Shown here one piece after another: positions 58,354-64,000 of a stretch of DNA of 64,000 bases (its first letter is position 1; every line of letters begins with the position of its first letter). The notes beneath the pieces were generated by a model. It did not search any database, was not told the origin of the DNA, and saw only the letters and a list, made by a program, of their open reading frames with translations. Location of the stretch: the IMG/VR virus record IMGVR_UViG_3300031576_000024, positions 18,992 to 82,991 of that record. One strand, written 5' to 3'. The DNA comes from a virus. Position numbers and translations under genes: made by a program.

Positions 58354-59138
58354 AAAGCCTATATGGCCGTCCTAGTACCATTACTACCTATAATAGTCTG
58401 TTCAAAAATCACATAGAACCGTTTGTTATAACACCTGTAACTGAACAACACCTTACTTCTTTGGTAAAACACTGGACCAGAGAAGGGATGTCAGAGAAGA
58501 CTATTAAACAAATGGTCCAACTTACTAATCAATATGCTAGATGGACAGGCCAAGCTCCTCTGCACACAGCACCTATAATTAGGAAGATTCAAAAGAGTAA
58601 ACAAGAGACAAAGATAAAGTCACTTACAAGTAAAGAAGCTAAATTACTCTTAGACTATTTAAGTGCTAAACAGTTATCGACATTGTATATTATCTGCTTG
58701 TTCGGAATACATGCGGGACTGAGAAGAGGCGAAATCTTTGGTTTACAATACGGGGACATAGATCCTTTGCGTAATCGCATAACCGTGTCTAGGCAGTACG
58801 GAGGTGCGCCGACAAAGAACGGGAAGACTAGGCAGGTACCGTTGAGTGAAAGATTAGCCAAAGCACTAGAACAACGAGACTACTTGACAAAACCGTCTAG
58901 AGAGGCTATTTTCAACGTTTTCGATCCCAACCCTGATTTGAAGAAGGTGACTATATTATTAGGAATTCGTGATATTACAATACATGATTTAAGACACACA
59001 TTTGCAACCCTAGCCCTGGAATCAGGTGTCTCACCTAGAACGGTGCAGTCGTGGTTGGGGCATTCATCATTAACAACAACTCTAAATATCTATTGGAGTT
59101 CGTTGCCCACAGAACAAAGGATGGATTTTGCCCCGTAA
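58338..59138 (+). CDS. Tyrosine recombinase/integrase
   Basis: Catalytic set AGLRRGE (R), TKNG (K), HDLRH, LGHS, NIYW (Y). Confidence 0.93.
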   Translation: MHDFIKSLYGRPSTITTYNSLFKNHIEPFVITPVTEQHLTSLVKHWTREGMSEKTIKQMVQLTNQYARWTGQAPLHTAPIIRKIQKSKQETKIKSLTSKEAKLLLDYLSAKQLSTLYIICLFGIHAGLRRGEIFGLQYGDIDPLRNRITVSRQYGGAPTKNGKTRQVPLSERLAKALEQRDYLTKPSREAIFNVFDPNPDLKKVTILLGIRDITIHDLRHTFATLALESGVSPRTVQSWLGHSSLTTTLNIYWSSLPTEQRMDFAP

Positions 59139-59186
59139 AGATCCTACAGTGGCTAATCAACTATTACGAGAAAGAAAGATCAAAAC

Positions 59187-59690
59187 ATGCGCATTACTAG
59201 AAGAATCATCAATCAGTGCTCTTTAGTTAAAGTGGAACACAAGCAGAGCACTTGGCAGTATGAGGACTATTATGACTTTTACTACTACCACAAGAAGGTC
59301 TGCTCTGCGTTCTTCAACTCAGAACACAACCAGACCATCACAGCAATATGTGAGCCCTGGTCTTCAGTGCGTAACGCTAAGAATGAGATGTTTCTAACTA
59401 GAATCAATAGGATAGAAGACGAAATTCACGGAGTAGACGTAATAGACGCAGAATACATCCAAGCTCTCTACATGGAGCATAAGGCCACAGAACAGGCTAG
59501 AGCTGCGCATTTATCTGATGAACATAAGCAAATGACAGATCCCAGGTTAAACCAGTTCACAGCTAATGAATTCGCTAAGATGTACCAACAGAACATCGAA
59601 GACCTAATGAATAAGTGGAAGATCATATCTCCTACTAAGATCAGTCCTAAGGTGTACTCCCAGAGTGTAAAGATCACAACAGTAAAATGA
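59187..59690 (+). CDS. Hypothetical protein
   Basis: 167-aa ORF downstream of the recombinase. Confidence 0.5.
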   Translation: MRITRRIINQCSLVKVEHKQSTWQYEDYYDFYYYHKKVCSAFFNSEHNQTITAICEPWSSVRNAKNEMFLTRINRIEDEIHGVDVIDAEYIQALYMEHKATEQARAAHLSDEHKQMTDPRLNQFTANEFAKMYQQNIEDLMNKWKIISPTKISPKVYSQSVKITTVK

Positions 59691-60685
59691 CCAAAAGAAA
59701 CGATATCAAAGGCGTATCCATAGTTGTCTCCAATAAGGTTGACTATAAGAATTACGGCGAATTGAACATCGTTTACGAAAATAATTTAATCTTAGAGGAA
59801 TTATCTTTCTTTATTTATTACGATAACTTCGTGAAGGTGACACACTAAACCCTACGTGGTCAAATACTTTGGCCTAGTGGTAGAGTGGATGGTAAACCAT
59901 CAGCTAGGCGAACACGCCCCTTTCATTCGTAAAGGTACACTATGTTCATAGACGATGATCTTTTCAACAACTACACAGTAATGATAACTAGCGGCAACGG
60001 CTATGACTACATATGTATCCTAGGCTGTGGTAAACAAGTCACCACGTTCCGTATAGAGAATATTATCTATAGTGACACCCTTAACTGCCCATCTTACATA
60101 TTGATTAAATACCATGCAGGTTGGGAAACCTATGCGCCCTTGATAGTAGAGTATTGCATCAATGATTTAAAGATCAACACTCTAGAGCTGATTGATGTAT
60201 ATGCCTGCAACTAGAGCACTATTCAGTAAATACCATGTAGAGGCATGGCCCGGTCACGGGGTTCATAAGACAACTAACATCAGGTTAAACTTTGTGGCCG
60301 ATAACGTTATAGTGTCCTGGGGCTCTATCTACGTATTTGACGGTAAGGACATAGAGCTTCACTGCTCTTATCGCTTCTTACCTCTGGCCGTTGAGTGGCT
60401 GGTGAACGAATATCCCTCTAGGAGCTTCTACCGTGTTACGTAGAGACTATAATCGTTACAAACTATTCCCGTCACACAATAGGTCTTTTGTATACATTTT
60501 TTATGACTACAATCTTGGATACTTCATAGAGCATTTGAAAATTGACCTTCTTAACGTTATTAGCATCAATAAGGCATTCCTTGGTACCCGCACCTCTTAG
60601 AGTGGCACGTAAACCGCTTTCCAGCTAAACCTGCACCTAAGTTATCTCCACCAAATCGGCAAAATACCTGGGCACTCATGATAGA

Positions 60686-61720
60686 CCCCGGGGGGCAATG
60701 CTCCCGCTGGGGGCCACCCCCCCTCGAACTTGCCTGTTAGTTGCCTATCCCTATCATTACAGTGCATCTAGGGTACAGTAACACGCAACTAGGTAGGCTA
60801 ACCCATTGATATTGCTAGACTTGCGCATTCCATGCGCATATGTTGCGTGTTTATTTAATCATGGGATTAAATAGTCAATATGTCCGCTCACTTAACCCAT
60901 CTTTTACCTATAAACATCACAATAACTGCACACTAATAGACCCATGTTGCCTGTTAGTTGCTCCGCAACAATCTGCACTACTGTACTCTACCCAACCTGT
61001 CCTGCACACCCCTGCCCACCGTATGCGCATCAAACGTGCAATTAACCAGCAACTAGGATAGTTGCTTATTGTCTGCCTGTTATCTGCTAGCTATTTGCAT
61101 ACGCAATTGATGTGCAACTAAACGGCAAGTATGATGATTGCGTATTAGTTGCCTATTATATGCTGGTTAATTGCATGTGCAATATGCGCTCTCTTGACCG
61201 TACACTGTGCAGAGTCGGAGTTGCCTATTCATGTACCCTAATTTGCTAGCATCTTCCTATTAGTTGCTAGCATTCTGCGCATTGTGATCCCGGCGGGGAA
61301 TCACACTCTGGATTCTTTAATGAATTCGCAGAGTTATAATGTTTGTTGCGCATTACTTGCGTGGTCATTGCGTGCTTACTTACCCTCTACTGCTTACAGA
61401 TTGCTAGCATGTTGCACTAGGTCATTGTGCAACTATCCTCCTAACCAGAGCGTATCCATTACGTTATTCGTCAGACTCACTGTAGCCTGCCCTGCTAACG
61501 TTATGCCTTGCCCCGCCCTGTACCAGCGCCTTGTAGCCGATCGTCGATCCTGGAGCATCCTAGAACGTGGCCGAATTTCGTCAATGATTCCGCATACTTA
61601 GCTCGTGTCATGCACACTCCTGAATAACTCAATGAATTCGCATAGTTGCGAGCTTAGTTGCCTACTTGTTAATGTTTGTCGCTCCCTATCTCTTATATAG
61701 GTTTTCGTCCCCGGGGGGGC
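60686..61720. repeat. Non-coding array of degenerate ~11-bp motifs (approx. CTRTTAGTTGC), both orientations, bracketed by CCCCGGGGGG boxes
   Basis: TTGC/GCAA recurs at 11-bp spacing (e.g. 60728-60748, 60946-60962, 61037-61175); C4G6C at 60686 and C4G7C at 61709. Confidence 0.7.
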
Positions 61721-62087
61721 GGCAATAATGACAATTTCGTCATGTTCAAAAAAAAGCGTCACCCTTTCCCCTGTTGGGTCACTCACCCTTGACGATACAC
61801 TTTCAACGGGAGCTAAAATGTATACTCAGGTCCAATTCAGCTACCGCAAAGGGCGTAAGGTTACGTATCTTTGCACGTTCATGCGAGACGGTTCGGTAGA
61901 GTTTCTACCGATTTCCGCGAAGGTCGCTGCGCGCCTTATCAAGCGCGGCATGGGATCGGGGAGCTAACGTGGACGACGTAACTTGGGAGCTACTGTGCGA
62001 AGCGGATCGACTAGCATCGGAAGTGCCGCTATGCGCGGAAACGATTGCGCTTGTCGATGCACTCGTTTCAGGAATCTGCGAGGATTT

Positions 62088-62142
62088 CTAGCCTTGACGA
62101 ATAGGTTAGGGTTGCTAACCTTAGCCTATCGGTCAACGTTAG
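62088..62142 (+). other. Long intergenic RNA hairpin 1
   Basis: TTGAC-GA-ATAGGTTAGGGTT / AACCTTAGCCTAT-CG-GTCAA with G-U pairs; just upstream of the RBS of ORF 62162. Confidence 0.75.
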
Positions 62143-62161
62143 CTTACCTAAAGGTAACATC

Positions 62162-62515
62162 ATGCGCGATTCTGTGACACTGGAAAAACTAGGCTTCTCT
62201 TTCGGGATGCTGAATGGGACCGCAGGCTATGTCAAGCTATATCCCCAGGGTTCGCTGGTAATCGTGCCGCGTACTCGCAAGGGATGGGACGCAATGTCCC
62301 CGAGACGTTCCAGGGTTCGCAAAGGCGTCCTAGTGTCGCTAGGTTGTCATAAGGGCGGAAAGGCTTTCCGAAAGTGGCTCCTATCCCTTGACGCAATCGC
62401 GCGGATTCCCGCATCTTGGATATGGAAGGATGATTCCACGGGATCGCTGAATTCCTCGCAAGGTGCGCGCATCGTAAAGCGCTTGCATTGGAAGGGTGGG
62501 CCGCATGCTCGCTAG
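62162..62515 (+). CDS. Basic hypothetical early protein
   Basis: 117 aa with AAGGT RBS after hairpin 1. Confidence 0.5.
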   Translation: MRDSVTLEKLGFSFGMLNGTAGYVKLYPQGSLVIVPRTRKGWDAMSPRRSRVRKGVLVSLGCHKGGKAFRKWLLSLDAIARIPASWIWKDDSTGSLNSSQGARIVKRLHWKGGPHAR

Positions 62516-62562
62516 TGTGACCGAAACGTCACATTTGACACTTTCTTAGATTCTGGTACACT
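62516..62562 (+). promoter_or_regulatory. Sigma70-type promoter with adjacent palindromic operator
   Basis: TTGACA (62535-62540), 16-nt spacer ending TGG, TACACT (62557-62562); TGTGAC-N6-GTCACA at 62516-62533. Confidence 0.65.
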
Positions 62563-62628
62563 CACTCAATAGACGCCGCTTGAATGTTTCAATCGGCACT
62601 AACTCAAGAAAAGGATAAGGTTAACATC

Positions 62629-62976
62629 ATGGCAAAGAATACGACTACGACGACTTCGACCGTCAAGCCTCGCGGCGGTAGGAGTGGCAAGGCTCGCGAG
62701 CGGCGTTCATTCTGGAGCCGCGCGCTTCAGGCTCCGAAGGTTCAGGAGGCTCTGACTTCGCTGAACGTGTCGGAGGCCGCTTTCGAGAAGGCTTACAACT
62801 CCACCCGAAAGATGCGCGAGCGAGGCGAGATTTCCGAGGCGCAAGTTGCGGCACTCAAGGGTTTTTCGGAGCATCGCAACCTTCGGAAGCTTGCCGAGGC
62901 AATCGGCAAGTCGGATATCACGGCGGCGAATCTGCTCGCGCGTGGTATCGAGTCGGGACTCGTGAAGCTTGCCTAA
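62629..62976 (+). CDS. Basic protein with C-terminal winged-HTH-like motif
   Basis: Start MAKNTTTT after AAGG RBS; LRKLAEAIGKSDITAANLLARGIESGLVKL. Confidence 0.55.
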   Translation: MAKNTTTTTSTVKPRGGRSGKARERRSFWSRALQAPKVQEALTSLNVSEAAFEKAYNSTRKMRERGEISEAQVAALKGFSEHRNLRKLAEAIGKSDITAANLLARGIESGLVKLA

Positions 62977-62977
62977 C

Positions 62978-63042
62978 TCTGGTTAGGTGAAACCGATTAG
63001 CCTAGGTTGTGAGCCTAGGCTAATACGTTTCAATTAACTAGA
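62978..63042 (+). other. Long intergenic RNA hairpin 2
   Basis: TCTGGTTA..TGAAAC..ATTAGCCTAGGT / GCCTAGGCTAAT..GTTTCA..TAACTAGA; followed by an RBS. Confidence 0.8.
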
Positions 63043-63245
63043 AAGGTTTGACAATGATTACGCTGCACGACGATGTTTCGGATGCGTACAGGGTCGCACA
63101 AAAGTACGCTCCTGCGCTTTTGAACGCGGTAGTCTATCAGAATGCGAGCGCATTCTTTTGGGCCGCGCTCTCGGATGGTAAGATGCGAGCGGCTGAGTTG
63201 TCACTCTCGCGACTCGCTGATATGGGCAGATAAGAACCTTTGGAG

Positions 63246-63324
63246 TTAGCTAAGATTGAATAGGTTAGGTTCGTGCCCAATTGCACGGTAATATAACCTT
63301 CCTAATCTATTCAATCTTAGCTAA
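63246..63324 (+). other. Long intergenic RNA hairpin 3 (24-bp stem)
   Basis: TTAGCTAAGATTGAATAGGTTAGG / CCTAATCTATTCAATCTTAGCTAA with one G-U pair; inner CGTGC/GCACG hairpin. Confidence 0.85.
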
Positions 63325-63338
63325 ACAAGGAATAGGTC

Positions 63339-63764
63339 ATGAAATCTATTAATATCAGAGCATTCAAGGCTTTTAAGTATAAGGCCCACGGTATTGATAG
63401 TGTGTTCTATACCTTGAAATGGAAAGGTAATAGAGTCGGGCTTAAGCTATTCCAGAGCCCGAGTGAGTGTAATAAAATCCGACGCTTTCAAGTTAAGGGA
63501 TTCAGGGGCGGTGTAGCTCCTGCTGTGTTGGGTGCTACGTTTAAGGTGATAGCTACGAATGGTAGCGCGTTCGGGTACGGATACCTAACTGAGATAGCGG
63601 ACGTAGATTCGCGTAGGATCTATAAGAAAGAAGTTTACGAACCCTTGTGTGAATTGTTTAACAAGGTATTTGGTTTCTACCATACTGACTTTCACGAAGG
63701 TAACGTAGGTTACGTTGAAGTAGGTAATCAGAAGCGTCTAGTATATGTAGACTTCGGGTTTTAA
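63339..63764 (+). CDS. Miniature protein kinase-like (PKL) protein
   Basis: AHGIDSVFY (P-loop-like), VGLKLF (catalytic Lys), APAV, YLTE hinge, HTDFHEGN catalytic loop, YVDFG. Confidence 0.78.
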   Translation: MKSINIRAFKAFKYKAHGIDSVFYTLKWKGNRVGLKLFQSPSECNKIRRFQVKGFRGGVAPAVLGATFKVIATNGSAFGYGYLTEIADVDSRRIYKKEVYEPLCELFNKVFGFYHTDFHEGNVGYVEVGNQKRLVYVDFGF

Positions 63765-63811
63765 GTATGACTAAGAAAGACTTGATCCGTGTATAAGGTA
63801 AACGAACGACG

Positions 63812-64000
63812 ATGAATAAACTATATTCTGTATGGCTACAGCGTAATAAGCTACGTGCCGAGGGCAATAAGCTACATGCCGAAGGCTATAAGTTATATGC
63901 CGAAGGCTATAAGCTACGTGCCGAAGGCGAGAAGCTACATGCCGAAGGCTATAAGTTATATGCCGAGGGCGAGAAGTTATATGCCGATGGCGAGAAGCTA
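63812..64000 (+). CDS. Heptad-repeat protein (xKLxAEG)n, runs off the window
   Basis: MNKLYSVWLQR-NKLRAEG-NKLHAEG-YKLYAEG-YKLRAEG-EKLHAEG-YKLYAEG-EKLYADG-EKL. Confidence 0.7.
   Translation, partial: MNKLYSVWLQRNKLRAEGNKLHAEGYKLYAEGYKLRAEGEKLHAEGYKLYAEGEKLYADGEKL
63845..64000 (+). repeat. 21-bp tandem repeat, at least 7.4 copies
   Basis: Consensus NANAAGYTAYRTGCCGARGGC with no spacers. Confidence 0.95.

Noticed and set aside
59870-59930. Possible tRNA (GGCCTAGTGGTAGAG...)
   Set aside because: It forms only short stems (GCCTAG/CTAGGC, GATGGT/ACCATC) with no T-arm, anticodon arm or CCA; at most a leader hairpin.
60686-61720. ORFs 60840-61061, 61284-61601 and 61598-61786 as genes; array as a mini-CRISPR
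   Set aside because: The ORFs lack convincing RBS or protein-like composition and overlie the repeat array. The repeats are too short, degenerate and bidirectional for CRISPR.
63845-64000. Possible CRISPR array
   Set aside because: Units are contiguous 21-mers with no unique spacers, they keep a reading frame, and no cas genes are present.

Overview
A 64-kb segment of a tailed dsDNA phage genome, probably podovirus-like, with three parts. (1) 1-21.2 kb, + strand: DNA metabolism genes (SSB, RecA, SbcD/SbcC, ClpP-like protease, Endo VII, RNase H-like exonuclease, nucleoside deoxyribosyltransferase, ribonucleotide reductase, MazG, ThyX, dATP/dGTP diphosphohydrolase). These are followed by an 8.6-kb island of glycosyltransferases, UDP-sugar dehydrogenase and a CitE-like lyase, interleaved with a stand-alone GGQ release-factor domain and a peptide deformylase. 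(2) 21.2-57.7 kb, - strand: a tightly coupled virion arm (tail fibres, portal, many small basic proteins, scaffold, major capsid, decoration proteins, adaptor, nozzle, GNAT, three probable ejection proteins) with an atypical initiator-like tRNA(CAT). It carries repeated copies of a promoter-like motif AAAGATWAAGGTATAATTA and about a dozen homing-endonuclease-like genes or remnants. No terminase or endolysin is recognisable. (3) 57.8-64 kb, + strand: a tyrosine recombinase, a ~1-kb non-coding array of helically phased 11-bp motifs bracketed by CCCCGGGGGG boxes, and a probable early region with long intergenic hairpins, a miniature protein kinase and a 21-bp-repeat ORF. All functional calls come from reading motifs by eye; no database searches or folding programs were run.
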